Shown one piece after another: positions 20,956 to 33,249 of a stretch of 64,000 bases of DNA. Position numbers and translations under genes: made by a program. The notes below the pieces were generated by a model. The model had not been told where the DNA came from, searched no databases, and saw only the letters and a program-made list of their open reading frames with translations. Source of the DNA: Paramoeba atlantica (Eukaryota; Protista; Discosea); assembly GCA_977017575.1 (NCBI GenBank), contig CDRNVI010000105.1, positions 36,946-100,945 on the forward strand, read 5' to 3'. Position 1 is the stretch's first letter; every line of letters starts with the position of its first letter.

Positions 20956-22541
20956 TTCTTAAAGTTTCCCTACTTTTGTAGACATTTCAAAAAGATGCGA
21001 AGGACCCTACTAGAGAACTTAATCATAAACAATTTTGTACATAACAAACCCCCAGAGCCACCATCATCAAAAATAATTCTCAAGAATTTCTCCTCATTGA
21101 TGCAAAACGTCTCTTTTAACGCCTTTTATTTTTGTTTTCGCATAGCCGCCCCCCTCTACCACCAATAAACGCATAAACATTTATCAGCCCCAATGCTACC
21201 AAGACCCTTCACAGACAGATTTGGAAGTTCCAAGGCCGACGTCCTCTACCAGTTTTCGCTTTTCCAAGGCGGCACCAACGTTATGTTACCAACACGCTGC
21301 TTCGACGACTTGTATGACAACGCGGCCCACCCAAGAGGCTTAAACCGGGTAAGGGGGCCGGCTCCCTGATGGGAGGAGGGGAAGAAGAATCCAATCCAAA
21401 AAGAAGAAGAAGAGAAGAGAACCGGTTCCCTGATGGGAGCGCCCCTGGCGGCCGTCAGAGTACTGGGCCTAGTCGATTCTCAGCCCAGCCTCTTAGATCG
21501 AGGCCGCCGGGAATTATGCGATGAGCGGGTTCGAAACTTTGATCCCTGAAGGAAGAAGGAAGAAGGTTGCTCGACTAAATGATGCTTTCCAATGTAGGGA
21601 AGTTACTTCGACAAGTGCTTGTGTAGGCTCTAGTTGAATCTTTAGTGTCTCAACGAGGTTCTGCCAATCTTAAAGCAGAGATTTAAGCCGGGCCGAGGGG
21701 TCTGGCCTTTATTTGGGTAGCTTCTACAGAGGAAAGCGGTGTAATTGTAGTTGGAGACGGTGGGCCTTACAACCTGCAGGTTGGGGGTTATATTCCCGAT
21801 ATCGACAAAACTCGCAACCTGCCGGCCTCACTACAAAGGGAAAGCGACCAGGAGTGCCTTCAAGTCCCACACCCAACCCCAAATCAATCATTCCGGATTG
21901 CTCCGGATGGCCACTGGCAAGCCAGACCCTTCACAGAAAGATTTGGAAGTTCCGAGGCCGACGTCCTCTATCAGTTTCCGCTTTTCCAAGGCGGCACCAA
22001 CGTGCTGTTACCAACACGCTGCGTCGACGAACTGTACGTCAACACGGCTTACCCAAGAGGTGTAAGCCGGGTAAGGGAGCTCGTTCCCTGAGGGGAGGGT
22101 CCGGGACGGTCCTCCGAGTACTGGGCCTAGTCGGTTATTAGCCCAGCCTCTTAGAGGGAGGCCGCCAGGAATATTTCGATGAGCGGGTTTGAACTCGCCG
22201 TCTGAGCACCATGTGCTTGAAACTTTGAATTCTTGCTGCTACGCAACCGCTCGGAAAAAGTCCGCTAGGAAGAAGGCCTCCCTCTGGAGGAACGACCCGG
22301 AACCGCAGAGCCGAACCAGGCTCCAGCGCAGCCGCCGAAAATTCATGCTGCTTACGCAAACGAGGCATGAGACACAGCCTACACGATGCAACGGGGTTGG
22401 ACGCCCGTCCTGGTAGCTACGGTTGGGTACCCGTGCTCGGGCCGCAAGGCTTCGAGTGCCGTCTTGGAAGGGGGCAGCAAGACAATGAAGGTCGGTGGCT
22501 TGAGACTCTACCCTAACGGTGCAGAGCCCTCGGTGTCTTTT

Positions 22542-22592
22542 CTTCTTCTTCTTCTTCTTCTTCTTCTTCTTCTTCTTCTTCTTCTTCTTCTT

Positions 22593-22622
<30 letters not shown>
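22542..22622. repeat. (CTT)27, unit 6
   Basis: Directly visible. Confidence 0.99.
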
Positions 22623-22623
<1 letters not shown>

Positions 22624-22725
22624 TTCCCCAGAGTCCTGAAAGCTGGTTTGCAACTCTACTACCGCGTTTAACGAAAAGCCTAAATTGAAATATTATAGCC
22701 AAAAATAGCCGATTTTCGGGTAAAA

Positions 22726-23220
22726 ATGGGGTCATTTTTGTGTATTTGTTTTCATTCACGAAATCCGATATTTGCTCGTGGGAAATCACTCGTAGGCATG
22801 AATGAAAGCCTGCCGAACGTATTGGGTAAAGAATGCGACCCCAACCCCAAGAATGGCGACCTAATGTATGATGTGGACGCAAAGCTCAGGTTACTAAAAT
22901 TCCATTCGTATAATATATATTTGTGCAAGGTAAAGGCGCACATTGGAAACAAATGGAATGAGGAGGCAGATGGTCTAGCACTTTTGGCATCACGAAAAGT
23001 GGCACGGGCTCCGACCCAAAAAAGGAGAAAAACAACTGCTAACTCGGAGGATAGTGAGAATTCACAACCGTCATGGTCTTTGAAAGCCTTACTCAAAAGG
23101 AAGTCCCTTGGAAATAAGCAAGCACGAGACATTCCATCATCGAAGCGCGAAGCTGAGGCGGAAGGGGTATTTCGAGGGAAGGTTGCGAGAGCTGGAGGTA
23201 ATAGGAAACCGTCTAAGTAG
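22726..23220 (+). pseudogene. RNase H C-terminal fragment, unit 6
   Basis: Copy of 2962..3456. Confidence 0.8.
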
Positions 23221-24153
23221 GGAGAGAATTGATGGAATTATTTCTTTGCCAACTTAGAATGCCTTGAGGATTATTCATAGGTTATCGGAAAAATATTGTT
23301 TGTTTGTACCGTATCAGACACATATAAACTCTGAACGTGGAAGCGATAGATGAAAGCTTTCAAGGTGTAAACATTAAGTTTTTCAACCGACTTTACGTCG
23401 GTCTTTTGGATTGGATATTGGATTGGACCCCAACCACACCATTCTTCCGACCCAAAAAGACCCCTTGAGGTCCGAAAAATACTTTTTCACCTATTTCAGT
23501 CGAAAATGGGTCATTTTGAGTGGCGCACCACGGCTCGAAGAAGAGATACCTTGAGAAACCAAAGGCCGAGAAAGCTAGTATAGGCCCCGAACTATCAAAA
23601 TACAACAGGGGAAAGAATATTGAAAAAATATTTTCTTTGCCAGTTTTTTCGCCAAGTTGAATTTTTTTTCAAAAACATCCGAACTTGGCGGACCCGTCCT
23701 GCGGATACGAGGGGGGGCCACCCCCGGGTAGGGGGCGGAAAATAAGCGCCAACCCCGGCTACCCATTCTGCGGGTTTTTTTCGAAAAAAAAATTTCAAAA
23801 AAAAAAATCGTGCGGTATGCCCCCCTGTGTTCCTCTTTATATTTTCACTGTTTTTGTTCACTCTTTTTTCAATAATCGAGGGTAGAGTGGTAGTTATACA
23901 ACCACCGCAATATAATAATTAAGATATCGCCCAAAGCCCCACCATGAGCGGACAAAGAACCTGCCACTCAAATGCTTGAATTAGCGCTACCCGGCTTCAC
24001 ATGCGATAACTGAGTTTCGTTTTGCTCGAGAACTCACGAGATACACCTTGCCAGGGGACCCTCCAGTGTGAAGTGGGTTTCAAATCTTGAACTCATCTTT
24101 TTTGATATTTTCAAAAATATTTACTCAGTCCGCTACTTTTTTAAAATAACAAA

Positions 24154-24915
24154 TTGATGAATTTCGGGCTTCAAGTTTCCAGCCCTCCCTCATGCAAGGT
24201 ATTTGTGGATGGGGTGCCAGATGTTGAAATCGAGGAAAGCGATATTTTCAAACAGAAGTTATGCGTCACGCCAAAACATCTCCAACGATCCTCCGTAATC
24301 CTGTTTTCTTCTCTTTCTCAAACCATAGGAATTTCCACGTCGAGCGGGGACCAATTCGTGTTAGACCCGGAGGGTGGAGCCGTTAACTTTACTTGTGCGA
24401 GCATGTTGAGCATCACGTTTCACAATCTTTTAAAGAAGGAAGCAGAAAGTGTATGTAGAGATGTTCTTGGTCTTTTTCAAGACAATTTTGTTAATCCTTC
24501 ATCTGGGGCCCTTTCATACGACTACGTGAGGAACCAGATTGATCAGAAATACCTTTTTAATGTTTTGAAGTTTCAGAGAATGGTTAAAAATGCAGGCAAC
24601 CCATTTTACCAATACCTTGGGAAAGACCTTTGCAGGTGGATAGTTTTGCATTCAAGTTCAAAAAAGCCCAATTTTGGATTTACACGAGGAAAAGAGTATA
24701 GTGATCTCTTAAAATTTTCTGTTAGCCAGATCATGGGGGAAGAAGTTGCGATGAGCGACCTTTATCAGCTGGTAAGGGGTGAGAAAACCTTTGATTTGCT
24801 CCTTTCTTCAAATTTTACTGTGTTGAAAAAGTTTCTTGTGAAATTTAATGCTGAGTTTCTTTGGTTTCAAGATGAGGCTTCAAAAAAGACATTAATTTCC
24901 ACAAATCCCCTTTGA
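24154..24915 (+). CDS. Orphan 253-aa protein, unit 7 (P57T)
   Basis: Copy of 418..1179. Confidence 0.7.
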   Translation: MMNFGLQVSSPPSCKVFVDGVPDVEIEESDIFKQKLCVTPKHLQRSSVILFSSLSQTIGISTSSGDQFVLDPEGGAVNFTCASMLSITFHNLLKKEAESVCRDVLGLFQDNFVNPSSGALSYDYVRNQIDQKYLFNVLKFQRMVKNAGNPFYQYLGKDLCRWIVLHSSSKKPNFGFTRGKEYSDLLKFSVSQIMGEEVAMSDLYQLVRGEKTFDLLLSSNFTVLKKFLVKFNAEFLWFQDEASKKTLISTNPL

Positions 24916-26501
24916 TTCTTAAAGTTTCCCTACTTTTGTAGACATTTCAAAAAGATGCGAAGGACCCTACTAGAGAACTTAATCATAAACAATTTTGTAC
25001 ATAACAAACCCCCAGAGCCACCATCATCAAAAATAATTCTCAAGAATTTCTCCTCATTGATGCAAAACGTCTCTTTTAACGCCTTTTATTTTTGTTTTCG
25101 CATAGCCGCCCCCCTCTACCACCAATAAACGCATAAACATTTATCAGCCCCAATGCTACCAAGACCCTTCACAGACAGATTTGGAAGTTCCAAGGCCGAC
25201 GTCCTCTACCAGTTTTCGCTTTTCCAAGGCGGCACCAACGTTATGTTACCAACACGCTGCTTCGACGACTTGTATGACAACGCGGCCCACCCAAGAGGCT
25301 TAAACCGGGTAAGGGGGCCGGCTCCCTGATGGGAGGAGGGGAAGAAGAATCCAATCCAAAAAGAAGAAGAAGAGAAGAGAACCGGTTCCCTGATGGGAGC
25401 GCCCCTGGCGGCCGTCAGAGTACTGGGCCTAGTCGATTCTCAGCCCAGCCTCTTAGATCGAGGCCGCCGGGAATTATGCGATGAGCGGGTTCGAAACTTT
25501 GATCCCTGAAGGAAGAAGGAAGAAGGTTGCTCGACTAAATGATGCTTTCCAATGTAGGGAAGTTACTTCGACAAGTGCTTGTGTAGGCTCTAGTTGAATC
25601 TTTAGTGTCTCAACGAGGTTCTGCCAATCTTAAAGCAGAGATTTAAGCCGGGCCGAGGGGTCTGGCCTTTATTTGGGTAGCTTCTACAGAGGAAAGCGGT
25701 GTAATTGTAGTTGGAGACGGTGGGCCTTACAACCTGCAGGTTGGGGGTTATATTCCCGATATCGACAAAACTCGCAACCTGCCGGCCTCACTACAAAGGG
25801 AAAGCGACCAGGAGTGCCTTCAAGTCCCACACCCAACCCCAAATCAATCATTCCGGATTGCTCCGGATGGCCACTGGCAAGCCAGACCCTTCACAGAAAG
25901 ATTTGGAAGTTCCGAGGCCGACGTCCTCTATCAGTTTCCGCTTTTCCAAGGCGGCACCAACGTGCTGTTACCAACACGCTGCGTCGACGAACTGTACGTC
26001 AACACGGCTTACCCAAGAGGTGTAAGCCGGGTAAGGGAGCTCGTTCCCTGAGGGGAGGGTCTGGGACGGTCCTCCGAGTACTGGGCCTAGTCGGTTATTA
26101 GCCCAGCCTCTTAGAGGGAGGCCGCCAGGAATATTTCGATGAGCGGGTTTGAACTCGCCGTCTGAGCACCACGTGCTTGAAACTTTGAATTCTTGCTGCT
26201 ACTCCACCGCTCGGAAAAAGTCCGCTAGGAAGAAGGCCTCCCTCTGGAGGAACGACCCGGAACCGCAGAGCCGAACCAGGCTCCAGCGCAGCCGCCGAAA
26301 ATTCATGCTGCTTACGCAAACGAGGCATGAGACACAGCCTACACGATGCAACGGGGTTGGGCGCCCGTCCTGGTAGCTACGGTTGGGTACCCGTGCTCGG
26401 GCCGCAAGGCTTCGAGTGCCGTCTTGGAAGGGGGCAGCAAGACAATGAAGGTCGGTGGCTTGAGACTCTACCCTAACGGTGCAGAGCCCTCGGTGTCTTT
26501 T

Positions 26502-26531
26502 CTTCTTCTTCTTCTTCTTCTTCTTCTTCTT

Positions 26532-26561
<30 letters not shown>
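26502..26561. repeat. (CTT)20, unit 7
   Basis: Directly visible. Confidence 0.99.
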
Positions 26562-26562
<1 letters not shown>

Positions 26563-26664
26563 TTCCCCAGAGTCCTGAAAGCTGGTTTGCAACTCTACTA
26601 CCGCGTTTAACGAAAAGCCTAAATTGAAATATTATAGCCAAAAATAGCCGATTTTCGGGTAAAA

Positions 26665-27159
26665 ATGGGGTCATTTTTGTGTATTTGTTTTCATTCACGA
26701 AATCCGATATTTGCTCGTGGGAAATCACTCGTAGGCATGAATGAAAGCCTGCCGAACGTATTGGGTAAAGAATGCGACCCCAACCCCAAGAATGGCGACC
26801 TAATGTATGATGTGGACGCAAAGCTCAGGTTACTAAAATTCCATTCGTATAATATATATTTGTGCAAGGTAAAGGCGCACATTGGAAACAAATGGAATGA
26901 GGAGGCAGATGGTCTAGCACTTTTGGCATCACGAAAAGTGGCACGGGCTCCGACCCAAAAAAGGAGAAAAACAACTGCTAACTCGGAGGATAGTGAGAAT
27001 TCACAACCGTCATGGTCTTTGAAAGCCTTACTCAAAAGGAAGTCCCTTGGAAATAAGCAAGCACGAGACATTCCATCATCGAAGCGCGAAGCTGAGGCGG
27101 AAGGGGTATTTCGAGGGAAGGTTGCGAGAGCTGGAGGTAATAGGAAACCGTCTAAGTAG
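26665..27159 (+). pseudogene. RNase H C-terminal fragment, unit 7
   Basis: Copy of 2962..3456. Confidence 0.8.
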
Positions 27160-27205
27160 GGAGAGAATTGATGGAATTATTTCTTTGCCAACTTAGAATG
27201 CCTTG

Positions 27206-27606
27206 GTTCTGAGCCTTGCTCAGGCTCAGAAAGGGGAGAGTGGGGGGAGGGTTAGTTCAAAAACTATTCAGACTATGAATCGTCCTCGAAAAAATTGTAG
27301 CCAAATTCCTAAGCCATTAGGTAAGAGACGAGATTACTTCAAGACTGTGGTAGGTGATCCCCTCCCCAAAAAGGGTACCTCGCCTCCTGTAGATGCCGGA
27401 ATGAATTCTACCGGGGAGAATGAATGCTTGCCTGAAGAACCTGACTCCGAAAATAAAAACTCGCAGGAAGGACGTTCCACGCCCGGTTCAAAGGCCAAGG
27501 AGCATAAAAGTGCAGGTTCACCGGATAGTAAGACGTTGAAACGCAAAAATGACAGATGTACTCTTAACCGATGAAAATCGGTATTATTGGATTGGATTGG
27601 ATTGGA
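27206..27606 (+). mobile_element. 401-bp 5'-truncated retroelement insertion with 13-bp TSD and (TTGGA)4 tail, unit 7
   Basis: The empty site ttagaatgccttg occurs once in 12 units and is duplicated here (27193-27205 and 27607-27619). The body has an open frame to TGA 27574, hairpin ACCGAT-gaaa-ATCGGT (27567-27582) and tail 27587-27606. Confidence 0.9.
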
Positions 27607-28506
27607 TTAGAATGCCTTGAGGATTATTCATAGGTTATCGGAAAAATATTGTTTGTTTGTACCGTATCAGACACATATAAACTCTGAACGTGGAAGCGAT
27701 AGATGAAAGCTTTCAAGGTGTAAACATTAAGTTTTTCAACCGACTTTACGTCGGTCTTTTGGATTGGATATTGGATTGGACCCCAACCACACCATTCTTC
27801 CGACCCAAAAAGACCCCTTGAGGTCCGAAAAATACTTTTTCACCTATTTCAGTCGAAAATGGGTCATTTTGAGTGGCGCACCACGGCTCGAAGAAGAGAT
27901 ACCTTGAGAAACCAAAGGCCGAGAAAGCTAGTATAGGCCCCGAACTATCAAAATACAACAGGGGAAAGAATATTGAAAAAATATTTTCTTTGCCAGTTTT
28001 TTCGCCAAGTTGAATTTTTTTTCAAAAGCATCCGAACTTGGCGGACCCGTCCTGCGGATACGAGGGGGGGCCACCCCCGGGTAGGGGGCGGAAAATAAGC
28101 GCCAACCCCGGCTACCCATTCTGCGGGTTTTTTTCGAAAAAAAAATTTCAAAAAAAAAAATCGTGCGGTATGCCCCCCTGTGTTCCTCTTTATATTTTCA
28201 CTGTTTTTGTTCACTCTTTTTTCAATAATCGAGGGTAGAGTGGTAGTTATACAACCACCGCAATATAATAATTAAGATATCGCCCAAAGCCCCACCATGA
28301 GCGGACAAAGAACCTGCCACTCAAATGCTTGAATTAGCGCTACCCGGCTTCACATGCGATAACTGAGTTTCGTTTTGCTCGAGAACTCACGAGATACACC
28401 TTGCCAGGGGACCCTCCAGTGTGAAGTGGGTTTCAAATCTTGAACTCATCTTTTTTGATATTTTCAAAAATATTTACTCAGTCCGCTACTTTTTTAAAAT
28501 AACAAA

Positions 28507-29268
28507 TTGATGAATTTCGGGCTTCAAGTTTCCAGCCCTCCCTCATGCAAGGTATTTGTGGATGGGGTGCCAGATGTTGAAATCGAGGAAAGCGATATTT
28601 TCAAACAGAAGTTATGCGTCACGCCAAAACATCTCCAACGATCCTCCGTAATCCTGTTTTCTTCTCTTTCTCAACCCATAGGAATTTCCACGTCGAGCGG
28701 GGACCAATTCGTGTTAGACCCGGAGGGTGGAGCCGTTAACTTTACTTGTGCGAGCATGTTGAGCATCACGTTTCACAATCTTTTAAAGAAGGAAGCAGAA
28801 AGTGTATGTAGAGATGTTCTTGGTCTTTTTCAAGACAATTTTGTTAATCCTTCATCTGGGGCCCTTTCATACGACTACGTGAGGAACCAGATTGATCAGA
28901 AATACCTTTTTAATGTTTTGAAGTTTCAGAGAATGGTTAAAAATGCAGGCAACCCATTTTACCAATACCTTGGGAAAGACCTTTGCAGGTGGATAGTTTT
29001 GCATTCAAGTTCAAAAAAGCCCAATTTTGGATTTACACGAGGAAAAGAGTATAGTGATCTCTTAAAATTTTCTGTTAGCCAGATCATGGGGGAAGAAGTT
29101 GCGATGAGCGACCTTTATCAGCTGGTAAGGGGTGAGAAAACCTTTGATTTGCTCCTTTCTTCAAATTTTACTGTGTTGAAAAGGTTTCTTGTGAAATTTA
29201 ATGCTGAGTTTCTTTGGTTTCAAGATGAGGCTTCAAAAAAGACATTATTTTCCACAAATCCCCTTTGA
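28507..29268 (+). CDS. Orphan 253-aa protein, unit 8 (K226R, I248F)
   Basis: Copy of 418..1179. Confidence 0.7.
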   Translation: MMNFGLQVSSPPSCKVFVDGVPDVEIEESDIFKQKLCVTPKHLQRSSVILFSSLSQPIGISTSSGDQFVLDPEGGAVNFTCASMLSITFHNLLKKEAESVCRDVLGLFQDNFVNPSSGALSYDYVRNQIDQKYLFNVLKFQRMVKNAGNPFYQYLGKDLCRWIVLHSSSKKPNFGFTRGKEYSDLLKFSVSQIMGEEVAMSDLYQLVRGEKTFDLLLSSNFTVLKRFLVKFNAEFLWFQDEASKKTLFSTNPL

Positions 29269-30854
29269 TTCTTAAAGTTTCCCTACTTTTGTAGACATTT
29301 CAAAAAGATGCGAAGGACCCTAATAGAGCACTTAATCATAAACAATTTTGTACATAACAAACCCCCAGAGCCACCATCATCAAAAATAATTCTCAAGAAT
29401 TTCTCCTCATTGATGCAAAACGTCTCTTTTAACGCCTTTTATTTTTGTTTTCGCATAGCCGCCCCCCTCTACCACCAATAAACGCATAAACATTTATCAG
29501 CCCCAATGCTACCAAGACCCTTCACAGACAGATTTGGAAGTTCCAAGGCCGACGTCCTCTACCAGTTTTCGCTTTTCCAAGGCGGCACCAACGTTATGTT
29601 ACCAACACGCTGCTTCGACGACTTGTATGACAACGCGGCCCACCCAAGAGGCTTAAACCGGGTAAGGGGGCCGGCTCCCTGATGGGAGGAGGGGAAGAAG
29701 AATCCAATCCAAAAAGAAGAAGAAGAGAAGAGAACCGGTTCCCTGATGGGAGCGCCCCTGGCGGCCGTCAGAGTACTGGGCCTAGTCGATTCTCAGCCCA
29801 GCCTCTTAGATCGAGGCCGCCGGGAATTATGCGATGAGCGGGTTCGAAACTTTGATCCCTGAAGGAAGAAGGAAGAAGGTTGCTCGACTAAATGATGCTT
29901 TCCAATGTAGGGAAGTTACTTCGACAAGTGCTTGTGTAGGCTCTAGTTGAATCTTTAGTGTCTCAACGAGGTTCTGCCAATCTTAAAGCAGAGATTTAAG
30001 CCGGGCCGAGGGGTCTGGCCTTTATTTGGGTAGCTTCTACAGAGGAAAGCGGTGTAATTGTAGTTGGAGACGGTGGGCCTTACAACCTGCAGGTTGGGGG
30101 TTATATTCCCGATATCGACAAAACTCGCAACCTGCCGGCCTCACTACAAAGGGAAAGCGACCAGGAGTGCCTTCAAGTCCCACACCCAACCCCAAATCAA
30201 TCATTCCGGATTGCTCCGGATGGCCACTGGCAAGCCAGACCCTTCACAGAAAGATTTGGAAGTTCCGAGGCCGACGTCCTCTATCAGTTTCCGCTTTTCC
30301 AAGGCGGCACCAACGTGCTGTTACCAACACGCTGCGTCGACGAACTGTACGTCAACACGGCTTACCCAAGAGGTGTAAGCCGGGTAAGGGAGCTCGTTCC
30401 CTGAGGGGAGGGTCCGGGACGGTCCTCCGAGTACTGGGCCTAGTCGGTTATTAGCCCAGCCTCTTAGAGGGAGGCCGCCAGGAATATTTCGATGAGCGGG
30501 TTTGAACTCGCCGTCTGAGCACCACGTGCTTGAAACTTTGAATTCTTGCTGCTACGCCACCGCTCGGAAAAAGTCCGCTAGGAAGAAGGCCTCCCTCTGG
30601 AGGAACGACCCGGAACCGCAGAGCCGAACCAGGCTCCAGCGCAGCCGCCGAAAATTCATGCTGCTTACGCAAACGAGGCATGAGACACAGCCTACACGAT
30701 GCAACGGGGTTGGACGCCCGTCCTGGTAGCTACGGTTGGGTACCCGTGCTCGGGCCGCAAGGCTTCGAGTGCCGTCTTGGAAGGGGGCAGCAAGACAATG
30801 AAGGTCGGTGGCTTGAGACTCTACCCTAACGGTGCAGAGCCCTCGGTGTCTTTT

Positions 30855-30926
30855 CTTCTTCTTCTTCTTCTTCTTCTTCTTCTTCTTCTTCTTCTTCTTC
30901 TTCTTCTTCTTCTTCTTCTTCTTCTT

Positions 30927-30956
<30 letters not shown>
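30855..30956. repeat. (CTT)34, unit 8
   Basis: Directly visible. Confidence 0.99.
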
Positions 30957-30957
<1 letters not shown>

Positions 30958-31059
30958 TTCCCCAGAGTCCTGAAAGCTGGTTTGCAACTCTACTGCCGCG
31001 TTTAACGAAAAGCCTAAATTGAAATATTATAGCCAAAAATAGCCGATTTTCGGGTAAAA

Positions 31060-31554
31060 ATGGGGTCATTTTTGTGTATTTGTTTTCATTCACGAAATCC
31101 GATATTTGCTCGTGGGAAATCACTCGTAGGCATGAATGAAAGCCTGCCGAACGTATTGGGTAAAGAATGCGACCCCAACCCCAAGAATGGCGACCTAATG
31201 TATGATGTGGACGCAAAGCTCAGGTTACTAAAATTCCATTCGTATAATATATATTTGTGCAAGGTAAAGGCGCACATTGGAAACAAATGGAATGAGGAGG
31301 CAGATGGTCTAGCACTTTTGGCATCACGAAAAGTGGCACGGGCTCCGACCCAAAAAAGGAGAAAAACAACTGCTAACTCGGAGGATAGTGAGAATTCACA
31401 ACCGTCATGGTCTTTGAAAGCCTTACTCAAAAGGAAGTCCCTTGGAAATAAGCAAGCACGAGACATTCCATCATCGAAGCGCGAAGCTGAGGCGGAAGGG
31501 GTATTTCGAGGGAAGGTTGCGAGAGCTGGAGGTAATAGGAAACCGTCTAAGTAG
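31060..31554 (+). pseudogene. RNase H C-terminal fragment, unit 8
   Basis: Copy of 2962..3456. Confidence 0.8.
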
Positions 31555-32487
31555 GGAGAGAATTGATGGAATTATTTCTTTGCCAACTTAGAATGCCTTG
31601 AGGATTATTCATAGGTTATCGGAAAAATATTGTTTGTTTGTACCGTATCAGACACATATAAACTCTGAACGTGGAAGCGATAGATGAAAGCTTTCAAGGT
31701 GTAAACATTAAGTTTTTCAACCGACTTTACGTCGGTCTTTTGGATTGGATATTGGATTGGACCCCAACCACACCATTCTTCCGACCCAAAAAGACCCCTT
31801 GAGGTCCGAAAAATACTTTTTCACCTATTTCAGTCGAAAATGGGTCATTTTGAGTGGCGCACCACGGCTCGAAGAAGAGATACCTTGAGAAACCAAAGGC
31901 CGAGAAAGCTAGTATAGGCCCCGAACTATCAAAATACAACAGGGGAAAGAATATTGAAAAAATATTTTCTTTGCCAGTTTTTTCGCCAAGTTGAATTTTT
32001 TTTCAAAAACATCCGAACTTGGCGGACCCGTCCTGCGGATACGAGGGGGGGCCACCCCCGGGTAGGGGGCGGAAAATAAGCGCCAACCCCGGCTACCCCT
32101 TCTGCGGGTTTTTTTCGAAAAAAAAATTTCAAAAAAAAAAATCGTGCGGTATGCCCCCCTGTGTTCCTCTTTATATTTTCACTGTTTTTGTTCACTCTTT
32201 TTTCAATAATCGAGGGTAGAGTGGTAGTTATACAACCACCGCAATATAATAATTAAGATATCGCCCAAAGCCCCACCATGAGCGGACAAAGAACCTGCCA
32301 CTCAAATGCTTGAATTAGCGCTACCCGGCTTCACATGCGATAACTGAGTTTCGTTTTGCTCGAGAACTCACGAGATACACCTTGCCAGGGGACCCTCCAG
32401 TGTGAAGTGGGTTTCAAATCTTGAACTCATCTTTTTTGATATTTTCAAAAATATTTACTCAGTCCGCTACTTTTTTAAAATAACAAA

Positions 32488-33249
32488 TTGATGAATTTCG
32501 GGCTTCAAGTTTCCAGCCCTCCCTCATGCAAGGTATTTGTGGATGGGGTGCCAGATGTTGAAATCGAGGAAAGCGATATTTTCAAACAGAAGTTATGCGT
32601 CACGCCAAAACATCTCCAACGATCCTCCGTAATCCTGTTTTCTTCTCTTTCTCAACCCATAGGAATTTCCACGTCGAGCGGGGACCAATTCGTGTTAGAC
32701 CCGGAGGGTGGAGCCGTTAACTTTACTTGTGCGAGCATGTTGAGCATCACGTTTCACAATCTTTTAAAGAAGGAAGCAGAAAGTGTATGTAGAGATGTTC
32801 TTGGTCTTTTTCAAGACAATTTTGTTAATCCTTCATCTGGGGCCCTTTCATACGACTACGTGAGGAACCAGATTGATCAGAAATACCTTTTTAATGTTTT
32901 GAAGTTTCAGAGAATGGTTAAAAATGCAGGCAACCCATTTTACCAATACCTTGGGAAAGACCTTTGCAGGTGGATAGTTTTGCATTCAAGTTCAAAAAAG
33001 CCCAATTTTGGATTTACACGAGGAAAAGAGTATAGTGATCTCTTAAAATTTTCTGTTAGCCAGATCATGGGGGAAGAAGTTGCGATGAGCGACCTTTATC
33101 AGCTGGTAAGGGGTGAGAAAACCTTTGATTTGCTCCTTTCTTCAAATTTTACTGTGTTGAAAAAGTTTCTTGTGAAATTTAATGCTGAGTTTCTTTGGTT
33201 TCAAGATGAGGCTTCAAAAAAGACATTAATTTCCACAAATCCCCTTTGA
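32488..33249 (+). CDS. Orphan 253-aa protein, unit 9
   Basis: Copy of 418..1179. Confidence 0.7.
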   Translation: MMNFGLQVSSPPSCKVFVDGVPDVEIEESDIFKQKLCVTPKHLQRSSVILFSSLSQPIGISTSSGDQFVLDPEGGAVNFTCASMLSITFHNLLKKEAESVCRDVLGLFQDNFVNPSSGALSYDYVRNQIDQKYLFNVLKFQRMVKNAGNPFYQYLGKDLCRWIVLHSSSKKPNFGFTRGKEYSDLLKFSVSQIMGEEVAMSDLYQLVRGEKTFDLLLSSNFTVLKKFLVKFNAEFLWFQDEASKKTLISTNPL

